In this document: piece by piece, positions 46,132-55,203 of the stretch
How the letters are laid out: each line of letters starts with the position of its first letter
Position numbering within the stretch: the stretch's first letter is position 1
Assembly (NCBI GenBank): GCA_964628855.1
Contig: CAZVMV010000006.1
Span: 4,539-68,538, forward strand
Direction: 5' to 3'
DNA from: an uncultured Gammaproteobacteria bacterium
Lineage (GTDB): Bacteria > Patescibacteriota > Patescibacteriia > UBA10025 > JAHIVO01
DNA: 64,000 nucleotides
The notes under the pieces: model-generated
What the model saw: the letters and a program-made list of their open reading frames with translations, nothing else
Told to the model about the DNA's origin: nothing
Databases searched by the model: none
Translations under genes and position numbers: made by a program

Positions 46132-46969
46132 CTTCTTGTTCGTTATCCTCCCGCCCACTATTTGTGGTAGTCGATGGGGAAGTATTTGTAGTCTGGCTAA
46201 TAGTTTGGGGCGTCACGTTACTGTTAAGGGTGCCTAATTTATAGGCCGCTAATTGCTGGGAGGCAAAGGTAGAATGCTGTCCTTTGCCGCCTTGCGTCGC
46301 AAATGCCGTAGTCGCATCCTTGCCGCAATAAGGTATGATTATCGCCCGGCCACCAGGATGCGCATTTAAGTAATTAGTCACAGCGTATACGCCACTATTG
46401 ATAATTATCCAACAGTCACTGGCAATGCTATGTTTTGCCACTGTGGCTGAATCAAGTTGAATTGAAGAAGCTGAATTTGTCGGCATAGTACTCGTATTTG
46501 TTACTGTGGTAGGAGAAGTCGTGGAGTTAGTATTAGTGTTCACAATTTCCTGTGTCACAGAAGAATTAAGAGCGCCGACTAAATAGTTTGATAATAATTG
46601 TTCGGCCTCGTTGGAATGCTGGCCTTGCCCTCCTTTAGTAGCAAAAGCGGCAGTAGCGTCCTTGCCGCAATAAGGTATTATCATGTCACGTCCGCCAGGG
46701 TGTTTTGAAAGATAATTTGAAACTGCATACACGCTGCCCTGGACAATAATCCAACAGTCAGAAGCAGAAGCGTGCTGAGCTACAACGGCTTCCGTCAACC
46801 TGGAAGCATTTGTTGAGTTCAGGAGAATATTTGTTGTGTTGGTGTTTGTTGTTGCCACCGAATTGCCTAATAAGTCACGCTGTTGATTATTATAGGAGCC
46901 AACAAAAATAACCACTAAAATAATGGTGATAATAATGCCTATTGTGCCGATAATTAATTCCCATTTCAT
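46124..46969 (-). CDS. membrane-anchored protein with two cytochrome b5-like haem-binding domains
   Basis: 281 aa. An N-terminal TM helix is followed by two copies of H-x-SDCWI..VY.V.NYL..HPGGR.IIPYCGKDAT.AF (HPGG signature), separated by Thr/Asn-rich linkers. Confidence 0.75.
   Translation of the reverse strand: MKWELIIGTIGIIITIILVVIFVGSYNNQQRDLLGNSVATTNTNTTNILLNSTNASRLTEAVVAQHASASDCWIIVQGSVYAVSNYLSKHPGGRDMIIPYCGKDATAAFATKGGQGQHSNEAEQLLSNYLVGALNSSVTQEIVNTNTNSTTSPTTVTNTSTMPTNSASSIQLDSATVAKHSIASDCWIIINSGVYAVTNYLNAHPGGRAIIIPYCGKDATTAFATQGGKGQHSTFASQQLAAYKLGTLNSNVTPQTISQTTNTSPSTTTNSGREDNEQEDD
46226..46801 (-). repeat. internal tandem duplication (two ~235-nt b5-domain units, 46226..46459 and 46565..46801)
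   Basis: The two units align at both DNA and protein level (e.g. tccttgccgcaataaggta.. occurs in both). Confidence 0.7.
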
Positions 46970-47073
46970 ACAAGTATAATTAATATACGGTTATCAGTAT
47001 ACCGTTGTTTCAATAGTATGAAAACTCCCTCATTTTATAAGGTGAAGCTTAAACTTATACCCGTGCTGATAAA

Positions 47074-47370
47074 TTATTCCGGGCTGATTAATTCACCTAA
47101 CGCAATAATTAATATCAATAACCCGATGCCGGAAACAATATAAACAGCAACTGAACGTTCTTTACTTTTCACAATGCTTATTGCCCCCAACACAAACGCC
47201 ACAATGCCAGACAGCAGCGCCAGAGACATTGGTATGGAAATCGCGAGATTATCAAAAAATGTATCCCCACCTTCCTGGCCTGTCGCAACTACAATATTTC
47301 CGATTATAAAGAAAACAAAAAACAACCCCATACACCACATTGCCCATTTCCCAAGCTTAGTTTTTGGCAT
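47074..47370 (-). CDS. hypothetical 3-TM membrane protein
   Basis: 98 aa, hydrophobic throughout, not recognised. Confidence 0.5.
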   Translation of the reverse strand: MPKTKLGKWAMWCMGLFFVFFIIGNIVVATGQEGGDTFFDNLAISIPMSLALLSGIVAFVLGAISIVKSKERSVAVYIVSGIGLLILIIALGELISPE

Positions 47371-47434
47371 AAATATTATTCCTTTCTTAACTAATTATAA
47401 AGAGAAACGACTGCAATGTCCACTAAGATTCATC

Positions 47435-47509
47435 TGGCTCTGGGGCCCGGACTCGGACCAGGATCACTGCATTAACAGTGCAGGGTTTTGCCAATTAAAC
47501 TACCCCAGA
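47435..47509 (-). tRNA. second, divergent tRNA-Asn (GTT), CCA encoded, non-canonical T-loop (C55)
   Basis: TCTGGGG-TA-GTTT-AATTGGCA-AAAC-C-CTGCA-CTGTTAA-TGCAG-TGAT-CCTGG-TCCGAGT-CCGGG-CCCCAGA-G-CCA. All stems pair, G18G19/A14/A21/A58 are present and the discriminator is G73. Confidence 0.7.
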
Positions 47510-47643
47510 ATATAGCCGAAAACAAAAAACCGGCTTCTTTGTGCCGGCGTAGGGAAAATATTTCTACATCAAATTACGCCGGCAGGAGTCGGTTATTGTT
47601 TGAATTATTAACAATGGTTCTTGCGTATATCATATTGTCTGAC

Positions 47644-47672
47644 ACTTTATCAGATCGTATGGTTGTTGTCAA
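47644..47672 (-). promoter_or_regulatory. promoter TTGACA-17-TAAAGT on the minus strand (drives a leader, then tRNA-Asn-like)
   Basis: The reverse complement of 47667..47672 is TTGACA and of 47644..47649 is TAAAGT. Confidence 0.5.
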
Positions 47673-47698
47673 TGAGGCGAGCGGGCTTGACTAAATAC

Positions 47699-47727
47699 TT
47701 GACATGTTAACCATTGCACTGTAAACT
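47699..47727 (+). promoter_or_regulatory. promoter TTGACA-17-TAAACT for the MarR operon
   Basis: TTGACA at 47699..47704 and TAAACT at 47722..47727. ATG 47737 lies 9 nt after the -10, so the mRNA is (near-)leaderless. Confidence 0.5.
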
Positions 47728-47736
47728 GTGGATAAT

Positions 47737-48225
47737 ATGCAAACACAAGGAAAATGCCAAATTAACGAGCTTAATCTTAATCAAGCCATTAACAAGCTAT
47801 CTGTCATCATGTGGCGGATTTCAGCTAAGATTTTGCAGGAAGACCTGCATGTCTCATTTGCCCAATTCAAGATGCTGATGGCCATCTGGCACCGCGGGGA
47901 AATCTCCCAAAAGACAATTGCCAATTTCCACGGGCTTTCCGAAGCTGCGGTCAGTCGGCAAATCGAACAATTGGTCAACGAAAAGCTGATTATCAGGCGC
48001 ATCAATGAAAGTAATCGCCGCGAACACCTCCTTTCCCTTTCTGCAAAAGGGAAGACTTGCGTAAACCGTGCTACCAAAATACTTGATACACATTTCAACC
48101 GGCTATTTAACGTTCTTGGTCGGCAGAAAAGAAAATTTACCGAATTGCTCAATACCCTGCTAGAACATATTTGTGCCGAAGAGCCTGAAGCCTTCAAGCA
48201 CCAATCGGAAATTATTAAATCATAA
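47737..48225 (+). CDS. MarR family transcriptional regulator
   Basis: Winged HTH (FAQFKMLMAIW..ISQKTIANFHGLSEAAVSRQIEQLVNEKLIIR..NRREHLLSLS). The GTG at 47728 directly abuts the -10, so ATG 47737 was chosen. Confidence 0.85.
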   Translation: MQTQGKCQINELNLNQAINKLSVIMWRISAKILQEDLHVSFAQFKMLMAIWHRGEISQKTIANFHGLSEAAVSRQIEQLVNEKLIIRRINESNRREHLLSLSAKGKTCVNRATKILDTHFNRLFNVLGRQKRKFTELLNTLLEHICAEEPEAFKHQSEIIKS

Positions 48226-48229
48226 ATAC

Positions 48230-48802
48230 ATGGGCACGAAATTAAATATTAATATTATTTTAGCCAGCATCCGGGACCAACGTGCGGGTGAAAAAGTTGC
48301 TCATTGGATTTTTGGACTTGCCAAACAGTATCCCGAACTTGAACCGAGGCTCATCGACCTGAAGGATTTCCCGCTCCCCTTTTACCATCACGCGGAGCAG
48401 CCCGTTGATATTGAAGATACATACAATGACACTACTGAAATACGTTGGCGGGACGCGATCAGTACAGCAGATGGATTTATAGTTGTCGTTCCAGAATACA
48501 ATTGGGGTTATCCCGGCAACCTGAAAAATGCCATAGACTACCTGTACAAACCCTGGAACAAAAAACCTATTACTTTCGTTAGTTATGGCGGCCTGGCGGC
48601 TGGCACACGATCAGTCCAACAGCTTCGCCAAGTCGCCGTGGCGCTTCAGATGGCGCCAATTAGAGGGGACGTATTCATACCGACCATCTCGAAGGCTTTC
48701 GATATTAGCGGCCAACCTGTTAATCCAGGCCTAATAAAACAGTCCCAGGCCATGTTCGCCCAGATGATCTGGTGGGGAGCGGCTTTAAAAAAAGCACGTT
48801 AG
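48230..48802 (+). CDS. NADPH-dependent FMN reductase
   Basis: 190 aa flavodoxin-like protein with LASIRDQRAG and VVVPEYNWGYPG. Start trimmed to ATG 48230. Confidence 0.85.
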   Translation: MGTKLNINIILASIRDQRAGEKVAHWIFGLAKQYPELEPRLIDLKDFPLPFYHHAEQPVDIEDTYNDTTEIRWRDAISTADGFIVVVPEYNWGYPGNLKNAIDYLYKPWNKKPITFVSYGGLAAGTRSVQQLRQVAVALQMAPIRGDVFIPTISKAFDISGQPVNPGLIKQSQAMFAQMIWWGAALKKAR

Positions 48803-48833
48803 TCTATAAATAATAATTAATTTTTCTGATATC

Positions 48834-49751
48834 ATGCCAAACATTATTGAGGTAAAAAATCTGACAAAGAAATACGGCGATTTCACCGCTGTTGACGGAA
48901 TTACGTTCAATGTTGAACGCGGCGAAACGTTCGGCATCCTCGGTCCCAACGGCGCAGGCAAGACCACCACCCTGGAAATGATAGAGGGCCTGAAAGGCAT
49001 CACTTCCGGGGATGTACTGATCGACGATCTCCATGTCGTTCACCATGAGCGCCAGGTGAAAGCCATTATCGGCGTCCAATTGCAGGCATCATCGTTTTTT
49101 GACGGCCTGAACCTGAAAGAATTGCTAGACACTTTTGCCTCCCTCTACAACCGCCAGGTCGACGCGATGGCATTGTTGAAAAACGTCCAACTCGACGACA
49201 AATGGAAAAGCCATGTCAAAGAACTTTCGGGTGGGCAAAAACAGCGTCTCTCAATTGCTGTCGGACTAGTCAACGATCCGAAAGTTTTATTCCTTGACGA
49301 GCCGACCACCGGCCTTGACCCACAGGCCAGGCACAACATGTGGAATCTTATTTCGGACATAAAAAAACAGGGCAAAACAATCGTCCTGACCACGCATTAT
49401 ATGGAAGAAGCGGAAATCCTCTGCGACCATATCGCCATCATGGACCACGCAAAAATCATCAAAATGGACACGCCTTTTAACTTGCTGCGTAATTCGGGCG
49501 TGGGCTCCACCGTGACGTTCCGGGTGGACAAGCAATGCCCGACCGATCATTTCAAAAAACTGCCGGCCGTGGCGGAAGTGACTGCCGAAAACCATGGGTA
49601 CCGACTACTCACCACCAATCCGGAAGAGACGTTGCCAGCCTTATTCCAGCACGAAAACTCCTGTAATTTCAAATTATTCGACCTGCAATTAAAACAGGCA
49701 ACACTGGAAGACGTATTTTTAAAATTAACCGGGAGCAAGCTCCGCGAATAA
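48834..49751 (+). CDS. ABC transporter ATP-binding protein (ABC-2/DrrA type)
   Basis: Motifs GPNGAGKTT, LSGGQKQR and LFLDEPTTGLD. Confidence 0.9.
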   Translation: MPNIIEVKNLTKKYGDFTAVDGITFNVERGETFGILGPNGAGKTTTLEMIEGLKGITSGDVLIDDLHVVHHERQVKAIIGVQLQASSFFDGLNLKELLDTFASLYNRQVDAMALLKNVQLDDKWKSHVKELSGGQKQRLSIAVGLVNDPKVLFLDEPTTGLDPQARHNMWNLISDIKKQGKTIVLTTHYMEEAEILCDHIAIMDHAKIIKMDTPFNLLRNSGVGSTVTFRVDKQCPTDHFKKLPAVAEVTAENHGYRLLTTNPEETLPALFQHENSCNFKLFDLQLKQATLEDVFLKLTGSKLRE

Positions 49752-49755
49752 ACAT

Positions 49756-50859
49756 ATGAAAACCGTTTTTACACTCACCCTTTCAACCCTGAAAATGTTC
49801 GTCCGGAACAAACAGTCGCTGTTTTTCACGCTGTTCATGCCTTTTATATTCATCGGCATTTTCGGCCTCATTGGTTTCGACAAACCACAAAAAATTGATT
49901 TAGGCGTCGTCACTGGCAATCCTTCAGCCGCCACAAAATCATTCGTCGATTCCCTGGGTAATATCTCAGCCTTCCATATCCAGAGCGGCACAGAGGAAGC
50001 CGAACGGGCCGCGCTTCAGAAGGGCGACCGTGCCGTAGTGATAGTCATACCAGACGACCTGTTCCCTGACCCGACCGTTCAGGCTCCCCCGACCCCAAAA
50101 ACGGTCACTGTCCTGAAAAACGTGGCTTATGAACAACAGGCCCAAACTGCCATTGTCATCTTGAACCAGCTTTTCGATAAAACAACTCTCCAAGCGGCTA
50201 AGGCGCCAACCCTTTTCAACTTGGACGTGCAGGACATCAACGCCAAAAAAGTGCGATACATCGACTTCCTGCTCCCCGGCATCGTCGCCATGTCAATTAT
50301 GCAGATGGCCGTCTTTTCCGTTGCCTTTGTATTCACCGACTACAAGGAAAAGGGCATCCTCAAAAGACTTTTGGCGACTCCTATGAAACCGCAGACCTTT
50401 GTGACCGCCCAAGTGATTACCCGGCTGATGGTAGCTGTTACGCAGGCGGCGGTGTTGCTGGGCTTTGGCTCGCTGATATTTAAGTCGCATATATATGGCA
50501 ACCCCCTATTGATCATGGTTACCGTACTTTTAGGCGGCATCATGTTCCTTGGCCTCGGCTTCACCATCTCCGGTTTATCAAAGACAGTGGATGCGGTGCC
50601 GGCGATTGCGAACATCGTGGTTTTCCCCATGTTGTTCCTTTCCGGCATCTTCTTCCCCACCTCGGGCATGCCGAACTGGCTACAGCATGTTGTCGTCTAT
50701 TTGCCGTTGCAGCCGTTCGCCAACGCTCTGCGTGAAATAGTCGGTAACGGCGCGGGATTCAGTGCCATCAAAGGTGACCTAGCTTGGGTGGCCGGTTGGG
50801 CGGTCGTACTCATCACCCTGGCCATTATCACATTTCGATTCGAGGAAAAACGGGTATAG
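49756..50859 (+). CDS. ABC-2 type transporter permease
   Basis: 367 aa. One N-terminal TM helix, a large extracytoplasmic loop and a 5-TM C-terminal ABC-2 core. Confidence 0.85.
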   Translation: MKTVFTLTLSTLKMFVRNKQSLFFTLFMPFIFIGIFGLIGFDKPQKIDLGVVTGNPSAATKSFVDSLGNISAFHIQSGTEEAERAALQKGDRAVVIVIPDDLFPDPTVQAPPTPKTVTVLKNVAYEQQAQTAIVILNQLFDKTTLQAAKAPTLFNLDVQDINAKKVRYIDFLLPGIVAMSIMQMAVFSVAFVFTDYKEKGILKRLLATPMKPQTFVTAQVITRLMVAVTQAAVLLGFGSLIFKSHIYGNPLLIMVTVLLGGIMFLGLGFTISGLSKTVDAVPAIANIVVFPMLFLSGIFFPTSGMPNWLQHVVVYLPLQPFANALREIVGNGAGFSAIKGDLAWVAGWAVVLITLAIITFRFEEKRV

Positions 50860-50887
50860 CCCCACGGTCTGCCAGATAAAAAAACAG

Positions 50888-50913
50888 CCCCGTATAAAAA
50901 GTACGGGGTTTTT
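50888..50913. terminator. bidirectional terminator
   Basis: CCCCGTA-TAAAAAG-TACGGGG, flanked by AAAAAA and TTTTT. Confidence 0.7.
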
Positions 50914-50924
50914 GTTTGTTAAGG

Positions 50925-51407
50925 CTATTTCTTGTGCGGCTGTTGTGTGACGAATTTAACCTCGCCGTGGTAGTCAAAATAATACCCCTCAATCGCATCT
51001 ACTTTTATATTCATGCGTGAGACAATTTCCTCCGCCCTGTCCATGAAATCCTTTGGCACGATCAGAAAAAAAGAAGCACCGAAATGAGTATACCTTTCCC
51101 ATTCTTTGGCCTCCAGTTCATTCACCGTCTCGCTTGTTTCTACTTCCTCAATTATGGCCGTACGGCCATAATCACCTCCAGTACGCCAAACCACCAAATC
51201 AGGAAAATTCCCGCCTCCGACATTATGGCATTGCTTACCGGTCAAGTTCACGCTGACGTAAAAACCCCGGCGACGGAATGAATCATACGTTGCCGCAGAC
51301 GCCAGGATGACCTGGTCGTGTTCTATTTGTGACTGGCCGCGCCGGATAGCCATAGCCGGAACGGATAGTGAGTTATACCAACACATAGTACTCCGTTCCC
51401 CGGACAA
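50925..51407 (-). CDS. hypothetical protein with a PD-(D/E)xK (Uma2/restriction-endonuclease-like) motif pattern
   Basis: 160 aa. FPDLVVW-x13-IIEEVETSETV..LEAKEWERYTHFGASFFLIVP follows the PD..EVxS..K..Y..G..ywlv layout of Uma2-type nucleases. The start codon is uncertain. Confidence 0.4.
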   Translation of the reverse strand: MSGERSTMCWYNSLSVPAMAIRRGQSQIEHDQVILASAATYDSFRRRGFYVSVNLTGKQCHNVGGGNFPDLVVWRTGGDYGRTAIIEEVETSETVNELEAKEWERYTHFGASFFLIVPKDFMDRAEEIVSRMNIKVDAIEGYYFDYHGEVKFVTQQPHKK

Positions 51408-51503
51408 TGCAACCAGCCCTGCTGTGGATAAGTTTTGGCTAATATTAAAACATTATTGGGACCCGACATCAAGCGCTATTCCTGAAAAAACAACCAAAAC
51501 GGA

Positions 51504-52046
51504 TCACATGGCTGCGTTTTGACCGATGAAATTATACAGAAAAAAAACTACACCAGCCGCACCGGCAAGCAATAAAATATTGTCCAGCACCCCGCCGGTT
51601 CTTACGCGTAAAAATTTTGGTAGTAGTCCAACCCTTATTCGGATTGGCCAAAAAAATTCAATGCCGGATTTAGTAAGCATGTCTGATAAAAGATGACTTG
51701 CATATCCGATAATAACGACTAAAACCAAGACTAAAGATTGTCTGAAAAATATAACGCCACCGACAATAAGTATTGCCAAGATGACCAGCGAATGCATAAA
51801 ACCTCTGTGACCGAATACGCCGGAAGTAACCATCGCCACCGGCGCCAAAGGTTCAATCCCAACCTTCACCCCACCGATTCTCCCCCCGATCTTCAAATGT
51901 TTAATCCGGGATTCTGAAGCGTCAAGATCGGGCAGAAGAGCTGCAAAAGCCCCAATGACGATAAGCCACGGTGCAACGGACAGGCCAAAAAACGCCGGTA
52001 TCCAGACCGCATTTGCGCCGATGGCTGCATGGGTAATGCCCTTCAT
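51504..52046 (-). CDS. membrane-bound metal-dependent hydrolase, YdjM/DUF457-like
   Basis: 180 aa. Motifs GITHAAIG, LLPDLD, GHRGFMHS and SHLLSDMLTKSGIEFFWP. Confidence 0.7.
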   Translation of the reverse strand: MKGITHAAIGANAVWIPAFFGLSVAPWLIVIGAFAALLPDLDASESRIKHLKIGGRIGGVKVGIEPLAPVAMVTSGVFGHRGFMHSLVILAILIVGGVIFFRQSLVLVLVVIIGYASHLLSDMLTKSGIEFFWPIRIRVGLLPKFLRVRTGGVLDNILLLAGAAGVVFFLYNFIGQNAAM

Positions 52047-52078
52047 AAGATAATCATATCATAAAAAAATTCGCCAAC

Positions 52079-52150
52079 CTCCGCGAGTCGGATTCGAACC
52101 GACAACCTACCGGTTAACAGCCGGTTGCTCTACCATTGAGCTATCGCGGA
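52079..52150 (-). tRNA. tRNA-Asn (GTT), canonical, no encoded CCA
   Basis: TCCGCGA-TA-GCTC..GAGC-A-ACCGG-CTGTTAA-CCGGT-AGGTT-GTCGG-TTCGAAT-CCGAC-TCGCGGA-G. Confidence 0.9.
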
Positions 52151-52169
52151 ACTCGACGAATTTTTATAC

Positions 52170-53378
52170 TTAATAATCGCGCAATTTTTTCATCCCGACG
52201 TGTTCTTCGATCTTCTCCAGTGCCTTTGCCTCAATCTGACGTATGCGTTCACGGGTTACGCCGAATTCCTGGCCGACTTCCTCTAACGTATGGGACACCC
52301 CGTCATGTAGCCCAAATCTCATTTCCAATATTTTCTGCTCACGGGCAGATAATTCGCGTATAATATCCTGGACATGGTCCCTGAGCAATTGCATGGCTGC
52401 GACCCTGTCAGGAGTGATGGTTTTGACGTCCTCAATGAAATCACCTAAAACCGAGTCCTCATCATCACTGTCACCTACTGACGTTTCGAGCGAAACAGTG
52501 TCCTGTGATATTTTCATGATATGGTGGATTTTGTCAACCGGTTCGCCCATTTCAGCGGCGATTTCTTCTGGCAATGGTTCGCGGCCGAGGTCTTGGATCA
52601 ACTGACGCTCAACCTGTTGGAAGCGGTTGATTGTCTCAACCATATGTACTGGTATGCGGATGGTGCGCGACTGATCAGCTAGCGCGCGAGTGATGGCCTG
52701 ACGGATCCACCAGGTCGCATAGGTAGAAAACTTATAGCCTTTGCGGTAATCAAATTTCTCAACGGCACGGAAAAGCCCAATATTACCCTCCTGGATCAGA
52801 TCTAATAACGACAGCGAACGTCCCGTAAATTTCTTGGCAATCGATACGACTAGCCTCAAATTTGCCTCTACCAACTTACGTTGTGCCTCAACGTCGTTTC
52901 TCTCCTTACGTTTTGCCAGCTGTAATTCCTCTTCGGTTGACAATAAAGGCACCTTGCCTATTTCACGCAAATACATCTGGATGGAATCGTTGGAAATATC
53001 CGAGAGGTCAAGTCGGCGTTTATCTACGGCTTTTTTGCCTTTCACTGGCGGCTCAATTGGCGCTGGTTCGTTTAAAATACTGCCGCTTGATTCCACTACC
53101 TGGATGCCCGATCCTTCTAGCCTGTCCAAAAAATTGTCATATTCTTCCACGTACTCTTCCAATTCGGGAAAACCATAAAGTATCTCCGTCTCGGTGATGA
53201 ACCCGCGGGCATGCGCCTTACTAAAAAGCCGGTCTAATTTTGACGGGTCAAGCGTCGGCTTCACAACCGGCTTGATTGCCGGCGACTTGGCCTTTTTTAA
53301 TTTTTTTGTTGTCTTATGTCCGCCTTTTTTTGCTGGGCGACCAACCTTTTTTATTTTTTGTTTCTTTTTCTTAGGCAT
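52170..53378 (-). CDS. rpoD: RNA polymerase primary sigma factor
   Basis: 402 aa covering regions 1.2-4.2 ([57 protein letters not shown]), with a Lys-rich N-terminus. Confidence 0.95.
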   Translation of the reverse strand: MPKKKKQKIKKVGRPAKKGGHKTTKKLKKAKSPAIKPVVKPTLDPSKLDRLFSKAHARGFITETEILYGFPELEEYVEEYDNFLDRLEGSGIQVVESSGSILNEPAPIEPPVKGKKAVDKRRLDLSDISNDSIQMYLREIGKVPLLSTEEELQLAKRKERNDVEAQRKLVEANLRLVVSIAKKFTGRSLSLLDLIQEGNIGLFRAVEKFDYRKGYKFSTYATWWIRQAITRALADQSRTIRIPVHMVETINRFQQVERQLIQDLGREPLPEEIAAEMGEPVDKIHHIMKISQDTVSLETSVGDSDDEDSVLGDFIEDVKTITPDRVAAMQLLRDHVQDIIRELSAREQKILEMRFGLHDGVSHTLEEVGQEFGVTRERIRQIEAKALEKIEEHVGMKKLRDY

Positions 53379-53409
53379 ATCTAAAAAAACTTGCTTTAGT
53401 TAAAAAAAT

Positions 53410-55200
53410 TTACTCTTCAAGGTGACGCAATTCGGCCGCTAACTCCGAAAATTTATGGCCTTGTGATTCGGCTTCGTCATTCTTGCCCGCATTTTCGGCC
53501 TGACGCATCGCCCGTTCGATCTTTTTCAATTCCTCCTGGATATGGTGTTTTTTGAGTTCACGGATACCTAACCGTACCTCGCTTTCCAGCGTGTCAAGGT
53601 CATTATCCGGATACTCCCGCATTGCCCGAAGTGATAAAATTTCCGCATAGGTTAGCGATTTTTTATCATCATCCGGCAATGTCTTTATAAACGTTTCGTA
53701 GTCAAAAGTCTGTTTCTCAGTATAAAAGACAACGAGCCTTTTGTAAAGGTTTTGCAACTTGACATCAGTTAAGTGCTCAGGCGCCAGTTGATCAACTATT
53801 TTGGGCAGTAGAGACGGTATGTGCAATCCGATACCAACCACGAATTCACCTAAAGACGTAAAACGGTCTCGCAGCTGCGCCGCGGGCGGTTGCCCTGCTG
53901 GCTGTCCAATAGCTTTGGCCTTCACCTTTACAAGCGTATCGCGCAGGACATCCTCCGGAACATTGAGTGCAGAAGACAACTTTTGAAGGTAGTGGGTCTG
54001 CTCGATCTTGTCCGCCAACTTCGCAATCACACCTAATAGTGTTTTTGCCGCCACCTTTTTGTCATCAACCTTACTCAGGTTTATTTTCCCCAGGACTGAC
54101 GCAAAGTAATAATCCATAACCGACTGCGCGCCGGCAATGGCGCGGCGCCACAATTCCGCTCCCATTTTCACCAGTTCATCCGGATCTTTAGCACCGACAA
54201 TCCGTATAACTTTTGTGTTCATCTCCTCCTGCCACGCCACCTCGATGCCACGGCGGCTAGCCGTATCGCCGGCGATATCCTGGTCAAAGGCAAATGCGAC
54301 ATTGGTAGTCATCCGCTTGATCAATTTGACCTGCTCAAGCGTCAGGGCTGTGCCGGAAGAAGCTACTACATTTTCTACGCCTGCCTGGTGCGAAGCAATG
54401 CAGTCCATATATCCTTCGACCACGACGGCAAGCTTCTCCTGCTTGATCGCCTGTTTGGCCAAATCAAATCCATAAAGAATATGGCTTTTATCGTAAATAA
54501 GAGTCTGCGGTGAATTCACGTACTTAGCCGCTTCGGCTTTTTCCGGTCCTAGCCACCTTCCCCCGAAACCGACGATTGTGCCATGCGGATCGCGCACCGG
54601 AAACATCAGGCGGTTGCGGAACCGGTCATAAAATCCCGAGCCCCTTTCTTTCTTGACGGTCAGCCCTGCCAGGAAGATGTCCTCTGCACCAAAACCTTTT
54701 TTTATCAAAAAATCGGATAAAGTTTCCCACGCATCGGGCGCAAAACCAAGCATCCAGGTTTCAACAGTCTCGTCCTTGACCTGGCGCTTTTTCAAATAAT
54801 CCCTTACCGATTGGGCTTTTGGATGGTCTAATAAAATCTTATGATAAAACTCAGCGGCATACCGGCAAATATCCTGTAATTTAGTTTTTTGGTTGTTCAA
54901 TGCAGGGTCGCGGTACTGCAGCTGGACGCCGGCTTTTTTTGCCAACACGCGCAGCGCCTCCGGGAACTCCAGGCCTTCCATTTTCATGACAAACGAAAAA
55001 ATATCACCACCCTCGCCGCAGCCGAAACAGTGCCAGATCTGCTTGTCCCGGGACACCATGAATGATGGCGTCTTCTCATGGTGGAAAGGGCAGTTAGCCT
55101 TGAAATTATTCGTCCCCGCCGGCTTGATCTGAATGTACTCCTGGACCAGGTCGACGACGTCGATTTTAGATTTTATTTCCTCGATATTATCCTGGGGCAT
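53410..55200 (-). CDS. dnaG: DNA primase
   Basis: 596 aa with zinc ribbon CPFHHEKTPSF..CFGCG and TOPRIM (VVVEGYMD, DQDIAGD). Confidence 0.93.
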   Translation of the reverse strand: MPQDNIEEIKSKIDVVDLVQEYIQIKPAGTNNFKANCPFHHEKTPSFMVSRDKQIWHCFGCGEGGDIFSFVMKMEGLEFPEALRVLAKKAGVQLQYRDPALNNQKTKLQDICRYAAEFYHKILLDHPKAQSVRDYLKKRQVKDETVETWMLGFAPDAWETLSDFLIKKGFGAEDIFLAGLTVKKERGSGFYDRFRNRLMFPVRDPHGTIVGFGGRWLGPEKAEAAKYVNSPQTLIYDKSHILYGFDLAKQAIKQEKLAVVVEGYMDCIASHQAGVENVVASSGTALTLEQVKLIKRMTTNVAFAFDQDIAGDTASRRGIEVAWQEEMNTKVIRIVGAKDPDELVKMGAELWRRAIAGAQSVMDYYFASVLGKINLSKVDDKKVAAKTLLGVIAKLADKIEQTHYLQKLSSALNVPEDVLRDTLVKVKAKAIGQPAGQPPAAQLRDRFTSLGEFVVGIGLHIPSLLPKIVDQLAPEHLTDVKLQNLYKRLVVFYTEKQTFDYETFIKTLPDDDKKSLTYAEILSLRAMREYPDNDLDTLESEVRLGIRELKKHHIQEELKKIERAMRQAENAGKNDEAESQGHKFSELAAELRHLEE

Positions 55201-55203
55201 AAA

